Shown: positions 1 through 14,380, numbered from the whole stretch's first letter. The stretch: DNA of 63,250 nucleotides, filler included, from Ministeria vibrans ATCC 50519 (GCA_943704425.1; 8 parts of 8 records of this genome joined end to end with filler, not necessarily neighbours in it), one strand, 5' to 3'. Translations and numbers: made by a program. Notes: generated by a model not told the origin, from the letters alone.

Positions 1-69
1 AGAGAGAGAGAGAGAGAAAGGAGGGAGAAAGAAACAAAGTGATAGAGAGAGAGAGAGAAACAAAGTGAT

Positions 70-157
<88 letters not shown>

Positions 158-250
158 AGTGATAAAGAGAGAGAGAGAAAAACACAGTGATACAAAGAGA
201 GAGAGAGAAACAAAGTGATAAAGAGAGAGAGAGAGAGAGATAGTGATAGA
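1..250. repeat. (GA)n microsatellite with interspersed AAACAAAGTGATA core (intronic satellite)
   Basis: Directly visible; the same core recurs in many other introns. Confidence 0.95.
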
Positions 251-279
251 AAAGAAAACCAATAGAGAACGACAGAGGA

Positions 280-3200
280 AACATGCATGAGATTTGGTCC
301 TTCGATCGTTGACGTGTTTCATACTGGTGGATTTGATGTGATTTAAATTTTTCAGGTGCGATGGGTGGTAGATTTGGCCACGAACAGCCTTGAAGGAGAG
401 TAGGCGACACTGGACCGTCTCAGCCTCATACGAGAAAAGCTTTGCCGGATCGATATCAACAAAGGGCCCTAAAGTGTAAGAAAAATAGTAATAATTTATG
501 AGGTGACGAAGTTGTGTTAGAGTGCACAAAAGAAGACGTACGGTCAGAGCCGGCGACGGTAACCATGTCAACAGGAACAGGGAGGACCAAGTTGACAGCC
601 AGACCGCTCGAAAGGATCTTGGGGAAGTGCTTTGCCATGGTCGTCTCGGTCAGATTCCAAAAGTTCTTCAGAAACATCACGTCGCCCTTTTGCATTTCGC
701 GCGTGATGAGCTCGGCGCGTTTTTCCGTTTGCATAAAGTACTGCGCATACGTGCGAGAAGAACAAAACAAACAAAAGAACGAAGAGCGTATTGAGAAAAC
801 CATTCATACAACAGAGAAGAGCGTATGATAGGATACCATAGGTTGAGTGAAGACGGTCGTGGCGACTTGGAGAAACTCGCTCTGGTGCTTGTTGTAACCA
901 CGCGAGAAGGCAGTCATGGTGACAATAATGGTCTTGAGCACCAGACGCAGGCGGTCGGGGTACTGCAATAAAGAGAATACACGTCATGTCAGCCTCTGTC
1001 GCTGGCTCGCTTTGTCTTTCACAGCGTACCTGAAAACCAAACTTGGAGCCGTAGAAGAGATCCTTGTCCATTCGATCGACAGTGTCGAGAATGTCAGAAT
1101 GGTCGCCGGGCGGGAAGAGCGAATCGCATGTACACTGTTCAGCAATAAGACGCGCCAGGTGGAGGAGTTCTTGCAGTTTGTTGAGCAGCTGATGATAGCT
1201 ACTGATGTGCTTGAAGTGCGTGTCGCTGTACGGTTTGGATGTGACGCTGTGACGGTCTGCTTCGCTCAACAGCAACTTCTCACACAGCTTGTTCATACAT
1301 GCGACAGTGACATCGATGAGTGAACGGAAGCCATTGCCACGCGTGTTGCTGTCAAAGTCAAAGACATCCGCTGCAAAGGACAGCCAGAACATGTCTGTCG
1401 CAATGTTATTCACACACGACAGTCCCTCCGCACAGCACTCTGTATGCAAAGCAATGCGCAAAGCATGTGTTAAAAATTCCATCCTCCGATTGCTCACTCC
1501 ATTGTTCTTCCTATCTCCTCTCCTTTTTCTCATTTACTTACGGTGCAGAAGTGCGGCATTTTTTTGTGCGGGAGTCAGCGAAAAGTACAGTTGGTTGTCC
1601 TTAAGGGCACGAGAGAGTTTCTACAAGATAAGGAGGAAGTCCATCAGCAAATGAAGCGTATCTGTTGTTGATTTTGATGATGCAAAGTACGTTGATAGAG
1701 ACACGGCCATGATCGACGTGATTGGTGCGCCAGGCCTTGTTTGACTGTGTGAGGTTGAGGCACAGACCCACTTGAGTGTCGCAGTACTCTTTGAGACTGT
1801 GGCGCAGTTGTGGGGGCACCACAAGCACCCCAAGACGATTACGAGTGGGACGTAACAAAGTGCTGTTCTGGAGAGCAAGCGGCAAACGCTCGGCCGGCTC
1901 GACGGCCGCTGCTGGCAGCTGCAACGTGGAGTCGTCGGTAGTGGAGTCGTCGGCAGTGTTGTCGCGTTCGAGGTCGCCGGCGGTGCCCTCGTTGAACGTA
2001 CCGAGACCCTCATCGAGTGCCAAGTCAACGTCGGACCCCTCGAGGTGGCGCTGCAGCGAGTCGAGATCGCCACCAAACATGGCTGTCCAGTCCTCCTCCT
2101 GATCGACGGGCGCAACAGTGGAAGAACTCGTGTCTGACTCAAATACTTCGTCGACGCTCTCTGACGAGGTATTGGGGCCAACAAAGCGCGTATGCCCGGA
2201 GGAGGACACATTTTGCTGTCTAGGGACATCACCAGTGGAGCCGGAGAGGTCCACGGTGAGGGCACGGGGAGGAAGCGACTTGCGAGCATTTCGGAAGCCA
2301 GAAGGCGAGAGGGGTCGTCCGGCAGTTGGACTCATTGGCCTTGACGATGTCGACGGCTTGACGACCTCTTCGGAGTTGGGCGAGCCACGACTGGACGGGC
2401 GTTGTGTCAGGTTGAGTTGAGAGAGAGTTTTGGAGCGGTCCTCCATTTTGAAGGCGCCACGACGAAGGAGGCGTGGCGAGAGTGCTCGTGACGAGGTGGG
2501 CGACGAGGGAGTGGAGCTGTTGTGGGCGGTGCTGTTGGCGCGACCGACCACTTTGCGGTCTAAGTTGTCGTCACGACGGAGCGATACAGACGTATCGGAG
2601 GCACGGGGCGAGTTTCGAGCGTAGGCGTTGGTGCGCATAATCACTTGTTCCATTGGCGGCTTGGAGTTGACAAGCAGTGGCATGCTGTGCGAGACCGCCG
2701 AGTCTTCAAAGCGCAAGTCCTTGCCAAGGTTGATAGAAGCGGCGGCAGCAAGAGCAGCAGAGGATGAGAAGGGATCCTCCTTGGTGCTGGTGTCCTCAAT
2801 GTTTGTGGTGTCAGCGTTGTTTGTAGTGTCAGTGTTGGCGGTGGCGTCGGGGTCGCTGGTGGAGGAGACGCCAGACTTGCGATTGAGGCAAATCGTGCCA
2901 TTGTCCCAAGTGGGGGTGGGAGTGCTGATGGAGCGCAGACGGCGCAGCGGCGGTCGAGATTGCTTGCCATGACAAGGAGTGCCCTGCTCTGTCAAATCGG
3001 CTGTTGACGAGTCGAGTTCGCCGTCTGACTTGACCCCATCACCGTCGTGTGAGCGCACGACCGAGCTGCGCTTCTTTGGGGGAGCACGCGACGCGCCCGG
3101 CTCGTCACCTTTGCCAACGTCGTTGCCCTTGGTGGTGGTGGTGGTGTCTTTCCTTAAGGGTGTTTTTGATTTCTTGGGTGGAAGTGGGGGTGGTGCATCG

Positions 3201-4186
3201 CCGCCGGATGGAGGTGCCTGGGGAGCAAGTGTCGGTGTTGGTGTCTCTGTAGTCGTTGTTGTCGGTGTGCTTGTTTCTGTGGTGGTCGCTTCTGTTGGGG
3301 GCACATCTTCCTCCTTGTGGGGCGACGCAGGGCTGCTATTGCTCTCAAGAGCGGCACCGCTGCTTTCGGGAAGCGGCTTGTCGGCAACAGTTTGCGAGGA
3401 GATGAGGGCTATCTTGGTGAGATTTTGGGCGGCAGGGTGCATCGACTCACGCGGAGAGTTTGGCAATGAGCGAGACGGGGAATTAAGCCTGGGGTCGAGG
3501 ACCGTGTCGGGATCGACGGCCAACGACGAGCGACGGCGTCGTCCTGTCTTGAGCGGGTCAAAGCGAGAGAGGGGGCGCGGTGAGGTTGGGTGCTGACCCG
3601 GCGATGGGGCACGATCCACTTGTGGCGTGTCTCTCGTAAAGTTGTGCGCCGACGAAGCGGTGGAAGCCGCGTTGGGGTTCGCTGTGATCAGATCGGCCTC
3701 GGGATTCTGCATGGAGTCGAGGGTCGAAGCGCGCTTGCGCAGCTTGGGACGTGCGCTCTCCGTCGTTGGCGCAATGGCAGACGCCGTGGTGAGCTGCGTG
3801 GACGTGGCGCGTCGCCCAAAGAACGCCAATGGACTGGTGAGACTGGCTGACGGCATTGAAGAGGTGGAGCTGCGGTCGTGCGAGGCGAGGGCGTTGCGCA
3901 CTGCCGAGATGGCCATTTGCGTAATGGCCGCTTCGTTGTTTGCGCCGTCGACGCACGCAGCAAAGACGAGACGAGCGGCGAGTGTTGCAGCAACCTCAGC
4001 GGCCATTGAGGCATCACCGCTGGCGACGGCAAGCCGGAGGAGCTCGTCGCCGCCCCGCTGGGACGTCTCGAAAAAGACAGGGGCTCGGGCCACATCGAAA
4101 GAGACACTACTGGAGCTCCCAGGTGCGTTTGAGCTGGTCGACGGAGCCGCGGGACTCGACGAAGGACTCTCATTCCGACGCCGCAT
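280..4186 (-). CDS. LIPE: Hormone-sensitive lipase-like protein (HSL_N domain) with ~830-aa low-complexity N-terminal extension; multi-exon, 3' part runs off the window
   Basis: Exon 4186-1691 splices (GTACTT..TGTAG) in phase to KLSRALKDNQLYFS. Later exons give FDFDSNTRGNGFRSL, FYGSKFGFQ, FLKNFWNLTE and CRLLSFKAVRGQ, all matching HSL_N motifs (FDLD...NGYRSL, FYGRCLGFQ, FWKAFWNITE). Confidence 0.8.
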
Positions 4187-4298
4187 GACGTTCAAGTGGG
4201 CCGTGCGTCCTTTGACACCTTCACTTGCGTTTGTCGTTTTTTTGTTCTTCTTTTTTTTCTTTTTTTTTAAAAAAAAGAATTAGTAGTTGTACGACAAA

Positions 4299-4339
4299 TG
4301 ACGTCAGAACACAAAAGTCCCTCAGTCGCTAGCGGGAAA
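4299..4339. promoter_or_regulatory. Divergent HSL/RUVBL2 promoter with CRE palindrome (TGACGTCA, 4299-4306) and E2F-like site (GCGGGAAA, 4332-4339)
   Basis: Exact motif matches between the head-to-head start codons at 4186 and 4755. Confidence 0.4.
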
Positions 4340-4748
4340 AAGACGTCTGGGGACGCAGCGGCGAAGGGGAAGCGTCCTAGAATGCAACGCCGGACCGGAA
4401 GCGACAAGCGACAGAGAGAGCGGGAGAGGAAGAAAGTGAAAAATTGACTGGTAAGTCAGATCGGATTCATCGGAATTCATCCGTCTCATCGGGAATGAGA
4501 TCAGCACGCCCAAACGCAATGGTTCTGCGCTGGAACGGTCACAGTGCATTTGGTGTGTGTTAAGTATAGCATATTGGACGCGATGAGCTCAGTACGGAGT
4601 AATGATAGGGTGATCAGAGGTGACAGACAACATTTGAACCACAATAGGTATTTCACTTTGACTCTTATTAACCCTTTTCTTATTTCTCTGATCAATCAAA
4701 TTTTTTGATTTTTCTTTTGATTTTTTTTTGCATTGCCCACTACTCTAA

Positions 4749-7045
<2,297 letters not shown>

Positions 7046-7446
7046 GAAAGGAAAAATGGCTCCGATCAATCAACAAGCAAAAATGAAAAGCCAGAAATAC
7101 GATTATTATAGTATCTCTGCTCCTCCTATTGTTTTGTGGGCGATATTATAGACTCCTTTCACTGTGCTGTCTTCGTGCCGATCGCTCGTTCCTCTTTGAG
7201 GTACCCAAAAGTCGAATGTTCCTTTCGCAACACTGAATCGGAGACAATCCGCACCGCCCCATCGCCATGCACCATCGTGAAGTGCGACGGGGCGTCTGCG
7301 TGCTCAACCGCGTGCCTCGCTCGTGTGCTTTGCGATGTGTGTTTTTCAGTTGTGTGACGAAACGTTCAAAAGTTTCCATTTTGTTATTTCGAGCTCACCA
7401 GCTGTGCATTTAACTCACCTGTCGCTTGTTCCCGATAGATACTCGA

Positions 7447-7614
7447 ATGTCAGAGCAATCTGTGGCGTCCGCTCGCGCTGCCATCCTCTACTACAACGCT
7501 GCCGAGAAAAAATGGGTTCCGTCAAACGGCACGGGCTACTCACGCGTCGACCTGTACCGCCACACTGCCCAGGGCACCTACCGCGTGGTCGGCCGTAACA
7601 TCCAAGACAAAACC
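7447..7614 (+). CDS. Ena/VASP-type EVH1 domain, first exon only; no downstream exons found on this contig
   Basis: MSEQSVASARAAILYYNAAEKKWVP...YSRVDLYRHTAQGTYRVVGRNIQD followed by donor GTACGT. Confidence 0.8.
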
Positions 7615-7657
7615 GTACGTTTCTTGCCCGTTTTCTCGTCAGCGGTCGATAAAGTGT

Positions 7658-7693
<36 letters not shown>

Positions 7694-7756
7694 CGCTCTA
7701 AACGCCAAAAGGTTTAAAAAGAAAGAAAGAAAATACAAGTGGGGAGGGGAATATTA

Positions 7757-9538
7757 TCACACGTTCTTCTTTCTCCTTCTCGCGGGTGAGCGAGTTCGAC
7801 GAGCAGGAGAGCGATCGCGCACTCCACGGCCATTGAGAATCCCTGCAGCTGCTGCTACTGGTGCTGGCTCTCTGCGTGTCTCGCGCACAAACACCTCTTC
7901 GTCATCTTCCTCCTCATTGTTATTGTTGACATTCCCTTCGATATCATGTTGTTGTTGTTGTTGCTGCTGCTGCTCTTCACGTTGGCGACGCCGACGCTCG
8001 GCCACCGCCAGCCATCGCCCTCGCTGTTGGTTTCCATCATTATTGCCATACAGAAAAGCTCGCTCGCGCTCTAGCGAACCCGCCATTGCTTCTCCAAGTG
8101 ACTCCAAATATCCTTGCCGCTCCTCTTCCGGCAATGCGCGTTGAGCCTCCAACACTGCACGCAGTCGTCGCACCAGCTCGGGCACACGATATACAGTCAC
8201 CAGAATGAAAAGCAGCACAATAAGAATCATCCAGTCGAGTACAACACTGTCCCAAGCCGTGGTCAGCAGCGCATGTGCAGAAGCATTCCACACACGATGT
8301 GGCACCTCTCGAACCACCGCTGCGAGACGCCACGGCGCCACACAGACAAGCAGCAGAGCCCGCAACAGCGAGGCAAGCTGAAAGTCTTCGGGACGTGGAG
8401 GTGGCGCTGGCACCCGCGCAGGAACAAGGCGCCACACGGCTTGGACAAGTCGTTTGAGAACACACCCCATAAAGCGCACCACACGCTCAAGAGCTCGACC
8501 ACAAGCACATGCCAGATTGTGGGCCAGTCGAGCTGGTTTCACCAACAGCGCAGTTAGAATGGGCTCCAACACTCGGCGCCACAATCCTTTGACGATAATC
8601 ACACTAAGACGTACCACGATGCGCACTACTCGAGCGATAGGACGGCACACACGTCGCCGAGCAAAGCGAAGAGCGTTTTGCAAGGTCCTTGCGACCTCGC
8701 CAAACACTACATCATGCCAAATATACGTTCCATGTTCCCAGTCCACACAAAAGACCCGCCAGACGTGATGCAGTGCTACAAACCGACAGAAGACCACAAG
8801 TGTGAGGAGACCAGCGAGTACGGTCAGCTCCAGCGCTATAAATTGAAAGGAGTGCATCATTATACGCACGTAGCGCGCCTTGTCGACAGCGTGCCGCGGC
8901 CAGCGACTATTCTCCCCAAGAAAGAACAGTACAAGTCGACGTGCAATAATCAGATCAACGACAAGGCGCAACAGAGCGCCAACATAGCCATACGACGTGA
9001 CGTGGTCGAGTGTCAGAAAGATCGATGTTGCTGTGAAATACGCCAGACATGCGAGCGTTCCACCAACGCCCACGTCGATGGCGCCCATCGCGGCCGACTC
9101 GCTCACAAGAGTATAATAGTCTTGGCGGGCACGTGGAAGCGCACGCCAAGGGAACATCGCAAAGACGAAGACGAGGAGGACGCATCGCACCAGGTCGTTT
9201 GCAACGCGTTTGCCAATCGAAAAAATCGCACCGCTCAACGCCGTCGCGAGCGTCGGCTTGTCCACCAGGTGCACATCAAAGTCCACCCAACTATCTGTGC
9301 GCAGGCACTCGTCCAAAAACGACTCATAGACAATTTTCACGCCGAGTCGACGAGCCGTTGCGACTTTTCGAGTCGGTGGATTCATTTCGTTTGGATGAAT
9401 CACAAGCACGTCTGTTTGGCGCGTCACATGGCCATCCCATACTCCACCGTGGCGACGAATAAGTGCAATTGTTTCTTGGCGGGTGCCAGCCATCATTGTG
9501 CCGCTGACGCAAACGCGTTTGTTGGCCAGACACTGCAT
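7757..9538 (-). CDS. Intronless protein with N-terminal BRCT domain, multiple hydrophobic/TM segments and a charged C-terminal tail
   Basis: 593-aa ORF; LANKRVCVSG...LIRRHGG...VTRQTDVLV...KVATARRLGVKIVYESFLDECL fits the BRCT pattern. Confidence 0.75.
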   Translation of the reverse strand: MQCLANKRVCVSGTMMAGTRQETIALIRRHGGVWDGHVTRQTDVLVIHPNEMNPPTRKVATARRLGVKIVYESFLDECLRTDSWVDFDVHLVDKPTLATALSGAIFSIGKRVANDLVRCVLLVFVFAMFPWRALPRARQDYYTLVSESAAMGAIDVGVGGTLACLAYFTATSIFLTLDHVTSYGYVGALLRLVVDLIIARRLVLFFLGENSRWPRHAVDKARYVRIMMHSFQFIALELTVLAGLLTLVVFCRFVALHHVWRVFCVDWEHGTYIWHDVVFGEVARTLQNALRFARRRVCRPIARVVRIVVRLSVIIVKGLWRRVLEPILTALLVKPARLAHNLACACGRALERVVRFMGCVLKRLVQAVWRLVPARVPAPPPRPEDFQLASLLRALLLVCVAPWRLAAVVREVPHRVWNASAHALLTTAWDSVVLDWMILIVLLFILVTVYRVPELVRRLRAVLEAQRALPEEERQGYLESLGEAMAGSLERERAFLYGNNDGNQQRGRWLAVAERRRRQREEQQQQQQQQHDIEGNVNNNNEEEDDEEVFVRETRREPAPVAAAAGILNGRGVRDRSPARRTRSPARRRKKNV

Positions 9539-9780
9539 TTTAATAAAATAATAGTAGTACCATTAATTATTTTTCATTTTCTGATCATCATGAATTAATA
9601 TGACTAAAACATCTATGATCTTATTGATCCATCTTCTTATTCTTCTACAAAAGCTTGAAACTTGAAAGAATCCTCTATTTACTATTACAATTTACATATA
9701 AATTATTATTCTTTATTATTATTATTATAGCATTTACAATCAATAGTATTATTGTTATAATAAATATTATTGTTAGTTAG

Positions 9781-10718
9781 TTAGTCGAAAACGGAGGCAA
9801 GTCGCTCCACAAGGGCTTTGAGCTGGTCGTTCTCTGCCTGCAATTGTGTCAGGTCGGTTGCGCCCTTGCAGTGGTCCTCCGCATTGGCCCGATACACCGC
9901 CATCTCCGATTCAAGCGAACGAAGTGTACCCTCAAGATCCACCCGGTGTGCACGGTCATTCTCAAGTCTATTGCACACACAAACACAAACAACAGATATT
10001 ACACCACACGCTGCCACACAACAAAACACACCTACCGAATACGAATGTTGGCAACTTCAGCTCGTCTCATAGCGTCCGAGTTTGGCAGATGCAGCTCTTG
10101 TGGCGCCACACGACTCTGTCGCTTCTTACGACGCACCGTTTGTTTCTGGGCGCTCTTGGCTGCGGAGATAGCCGCTCGCAGTCGGTCCTCGTCGTTGGCC
10201 GCCGTGCTGTTTCGCAAGCACTCAATCTCGCGCTTGAGCGACGCAACTTCGGTTTGATGGGCCTCGTAGACGGCCGTGAGATGCGTCAGCTCCTCATTGA
10301 GGTGCAGGTATCGCTCGCGATGCCGTCGAATCTCCGAATTTGAACTGAGGCGGTCACGTTCCTCCGTGAGGCGTGCCAAATCTACCTCGAGATGGGTCAG
10401 GCGCCCTGAAATAGCGTCGCGTTCGTCGTGTATGGCCGCCAGCTGCAGTTCGACAGACAGCTTTGAAGTTCGTCTGTCCATTGCTCCCGTGCTGTGGCCA
10501 CCAACACTGCCGCCGCCCCCCCCGCCAGTAGAGCTGTTGCTACTTTCCCTTCGCGACGGTTCCGGAATCGCCAGGGTTGTGCCATCGCAGGCTGAGCTGG
10601 CTCGGTTGCGTCCAATCCCAAACGAGAACAGGCCCTTCCTCTTCTTTCCCGAGTCGCTCTCCTGATCCCAAAAGCCGACCTGAATATCCTCCGCAGCGTC
10701 AGGATAAAACTCTGCCAT
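9781..10718 (-). CDS. Coiled-coil protein of unknown function, 2 exons
   Basis: 228-aa ORF with heptad pattern, intron about 10033-9968, last exon LENDRAHRVDLEG...LASVFD*. Confidence 0.6.
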
Positions 10719-10825
10719 GCTTCTTGGACGATACTTGCGTGTCTCCGAGTGCAGTCACAATACTGACCGACTGATCACTCAAAAATTATAAAAATAATTA
10801 TTTTTTTTTATCTGTGGAAACAGCC

Positions 10826-11242
10826 ATGGCCACACGGCTCTTGTTGTTTCTCGCTTGTGCTCTAATTGCACACGCGCAAAGTAAGCCTTTTGTTTTCGTT
10901 TTTTTTTTTGTTATCGTTATCTGTGTTCTGTCGGACAGTCTCTCGATCGAACGTCGATCAACACTCACTGCATCCCCTCTCCAGCTTTGACCTGCAACGC
11001 GCCGTCGGCCGATCTTGTCGTTGCCGCCGGTGAGACCTCCTCCTTCTCCGGCACGACTTGCAACGTCCAAAGCGTGGTTGTTGACGGAACTCTCCTTGTC
11101 GATGGAACCCTCGACCTAACTACTCAATCCTTCACCGTCAACGTGGGCGGCGTCGTCAATGTCATCTCCTCATCAGGCGCTGTCACATGGACCAGTCGTA
11201 CGTGCAGCTCGTGCGGTGGCTCTGGTGGAGGTTCGTTCATTC
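10826..11242 (+). CDS. N-terminus of a secreted beta-rich protein, truncated by contig end; possibly the start of, or a paralog of, the 15787-20874 gene
   Basis: Signal peptide MATRLLLFLACALIAHAQ, GTAAG intron, then LTCNAPSADLVV...TSRTCSSCGGSGGGS. Confidence 0.6.
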
Positions 11243-11313
11243 GTAAGCCGTTCAAATGTAGATTTTACGATGTATTCGTAATAATAACAACACTACTATC
11301 AACAGAAAATCGC

Positions 11314-11413
11314 NNNNNNNNNNNNNNNNNNNNNNNNNNNNNNNNNNNNNNNNNNNNTTAATTAATTAANNNNNNNNNNNNNNNNNNNNNNNNNNNNNNN
11401 NNNNNNNNNNNNN
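11314..11413. other. Artificial contig linker N-TTAATTAATTAA-N; also at 15687-15786, 20875-20974, 39080-39179, 42154-42253, 44486-44585 and 50619-50718
   Basis: Identical 100-nt spacer with stop codons in all frames. Confidence 0.98.
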
Positions 11414-11494
11414 TTCCCGAACGGTTCTGCCACTACCGAACGCCCGGCAATCCACACAGGAGTTTGCTGGGGAAGGAAGAAATGAATAAAACTG

Positions 11495-11544
11495 AACCCT
11501 AACCCTAACCCTAACCCTAACCACCCTAACCCTAACCCTAACCC
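11495..11544 (+). repeat. Interstitial telomeric tract (CCCTAA)x7 with one 3-nt interruption
   Basis: Direct reading; preceded by AATAAA. Confidence 0.95.
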
Positions 11545-12367
11545 GGATTTTTATTGCCGACCAATCCTACGCGTCACAAACAGCCAATACAAATGGAGAA
11601 AGCCAAACAAACGCACCGTCATCCAACACCTCCCCACCTTCTCCACACCACGCAAATAACCAAAACACAATTGACATGGATTCCATTTGCATATGCCACC
11701 GCAAGCGGGGCTCCCAAGGGTCATACATGACCAAGTGAACGCTAAACACAACCAACTCCCAACCAACCAGCCAGCGTACAATACAGGCAACACCCTCGCA
11801 GGAAACAGCAGACCCCGTCCACGATCAAAACCTTGTAAGTCGTAACACATCAAACTGGCAAACACACAGCAGCTATTGCGGCACAGGCGGCAAACCGAGG
11901 AGCGATGCATTGATGAGAAACGTCAATGACACTCTCAACTTTGTTTTCAGACAGTCCAAAAAACTGCGAGAACGACCCACGCAAGAAAGCTGTCGCCCGC
12001 CATCGCACCGCACCCGCCACCACACTAACGACATACTTAGAATGTGTCAAGGCACAAAGAGTAACCCACGGTCGGCCGGCGAGCAGAGTGAAGCGAAAAA
12101 AAAAACGAAATAAGGAAAAAAAAACACAAAAAAAAATGCAGCCTCTAAAAAAAGCTTCATAAAATTAACAATCCTCACACAAAATAACCAGAATCAGCCG
12201 CAACCCCAACCATCAGCACACTAAAAATCAAGAGTCCACCTCTAAGCTCACACGGCGGACCGCGATTGTGCCTCAGGAGGGAACATAAACTTCACAATAA
12301 AAAATAACTTCAAAATAACTTCAAAAAACCCCCTAAACTCAAATTTCCGGCCGTGGACACAGAAACG

Positions 12368-13990
12368 ATGCACCCCCACGCATGCTTACTGTTTGACTGG
12401 ACAGACTGAGTGCTGCTAATCTGCTATTTGGGGCAGCGAGTAAAAAGAAATGAAGTCGATTCAAAAGTCGTGCGGATTTCGCTACTGTTATCAGTGAAGT
12501 TAAAGACCCCGTTAAAAACTATGCGTAGACGACGCTAATTGCGCTTGATATGTCCCGCTCTCTCCACACAACTAATCATACATATAATACGATGGAGTTT
12601 ATCATCCCGCAGCGGCTTTATAAGCGCTTGTGTTTTTGGAAACAAACGGAATGTTGCAAATATCTTTTCAAAAGTCAAAATCTTCACACAGCGCAATTCC
12701 TCTTGCTGCAATATGCCCCGGGGAATTCCACAGTCAATAATACTAAAGTGCACGGTCATTACGTTTGCTTGCCATGCGGAATGTAAAAGGGTTGCATTTT
12801 TGACGTCGAAGTCAATTTCTCAGCCAACTGTTTCTTCTCATGGATGTTGTTGTTTTTCTAAGCCAATGCGCCGCTCGCAAAATACCCCGCGCTTCTTTGG
12901 ACCAAACAACAGCCAGCCACTGATGGTATCATTTCCGCGCGGTCGGAACGAATAGAAACGTGCCATTTTTTGAGGATATGCAAAGCGTTTTCTCGGCACA
13001 ATTTCGCAAAATAATCGCAAACACACGCTTTTGCCTTCTTCCCCTTGGGATGTAAACAACCTAATATACGTATCCAGTATCTCAATGCTACAATGATCCA
13101 TTGGGATTGGCGAGAAGGCGTTGTGCGGGACGGTTGTTTCACCTTTCGTGTCGAGAAATGCGAGTTGTGTTGCTTCGGTATCCCTTTCGGATAAAAATAC
13201 TAATAACAACATTGATTATTTTGTTGTTATTTTTAAAAACAATCAAACAAAACAGTCGACTCTTTGCCAACAATACTTATTTTGTCTTCCTGATCGACCC
13301 AGCAAAACATTTCAGACCCCATACAGGACCCGTACGCTACTTAGCAATTCTCTGTTTTTTTTTTTTTTTTCCTTTTGGAAGTCCCGAGGCTAGGGCAAAA
13401 GCTTCACTGTACAAGACAATCTAACCATCCGAAGCGGCTGATTCGCCCCCGCATGAGCCGAAGCAAACATCCTAGCTAGGAGACTTTTTTGCATGCGAAC
13501 TGTCTCATATGGGAACTGTTCGTGAGCGTTTTTCTTCTTTTTCGTTCCTCGCTCGAGTCGGAAGTTGGGCGAATTTATGTTTGCTTGTTCTTTCATGTAA
13601 TTCAAGGGTACGCGTTGGCAAAGATCCCGGTGATTGCAAGGCAGCGGCACATCTTCTTTCATTTTCGGTTTTGACCTCTCCTTTGATTTTGGATTAATTT
13701 TGTCTTTCATTTATCTCGCTCAAATGACGGAAGTTAGGCGATATTCTGTTTGAATCTGTCGCCATATGATTTAAGGGTGTATTTGGCGGGGTATCCGGCA
13801 ATTTCAAGACGGCGGCACGCCTTTTTATATTTCGTTTGCGACCCCTCGAACGAAACTATTTTATTTTTCTCGCTCGGAACAATCGCGCTGATGATTTGTT
13901 TGTTCTCGTCGCCATGGGATTCATACGGATGGGCAAACCGCGATGGGCTATGGGTTTTTATAATATGCGTGGTGATCGAGGGGGGTGCAT
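12368..13990 (-). mobile_element. Candidate decayed DNA transposon bounded by imperfect inverted repeats
   Basis: ATGCACCCCC at 12368 and GGGGGTGCAT at 13981-13990. The interior is AT-richer and carries broken minus-strand ORFs with weak Harbinger-like and Myb/SANT-like resemblance. Confidence 0.3.
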
Positions 13991-14101
13991 GGACACCCAG
14001 CGTGTTCACCCCCTCGTCGGTGGATGTTTTTTTTGGCATTATCATTCCCCTGCCTGGGAATCATTAATAAATGGATTGTCTTCTTCTTCTATTCAAACAG
14101 G

Positions 14102-14380
14102 ATGCCCCGTTTTTGTCTGCTGCCCTTGCTTGTGCTGGCGACCACCTTCTCTTCAGTCTTATCAAACGTTGTGTACCTTTCCAGCTTCGCAGGAGGGTCG
14201 TGTTCTGCGCCAGCGCTCGCAACCCTGCCACTTGACACTGACACCATTGGATCGACATGTATCAACCTCCCTGTGCCCTTTGGGAGCATGCAATTGATTG
14301 GTAATTCACTCAATTTCTACGACGAAGTACCAACAAAACGTGACACAGCAGACCCAGGAGATCGGAGAGCACGACCGTGA
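14102..14380 (+). pseudogene. Fragment of a signal-peptide protein that switches into apparently unrelated sequence near 14325
   Basis: MPRFCLLPLLVLATTFSSVLS signal peptide, Cys-containing segment, then an abrupt change of character. Confidence 0.4.

Noticed and set aside
740-837. U12-type intron in HSL (donor GTATCCTA)
   Set aside because: The donor is one base off GTATCCTT and there is no TCCTTAAC branch site near the acceptor.
8678-9598. 306-aa plus-strand ORF and other long antisense ORFs
   Set aside because: Shadow ORFs of GC-rich coding sequence on the opposite strand, with no recognisable motifs.
11314-11413. TTAATTAATTAA palindromes flanked by N
   Set aside because: Artificial contig spacers; adjacency across them has no biological meaning.
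11905-11930. Hammerhead ribozyme (TGATGAGAAAC)
   Set aside because: It lacks the CUGA core and stem II; it is only a small hairpin.
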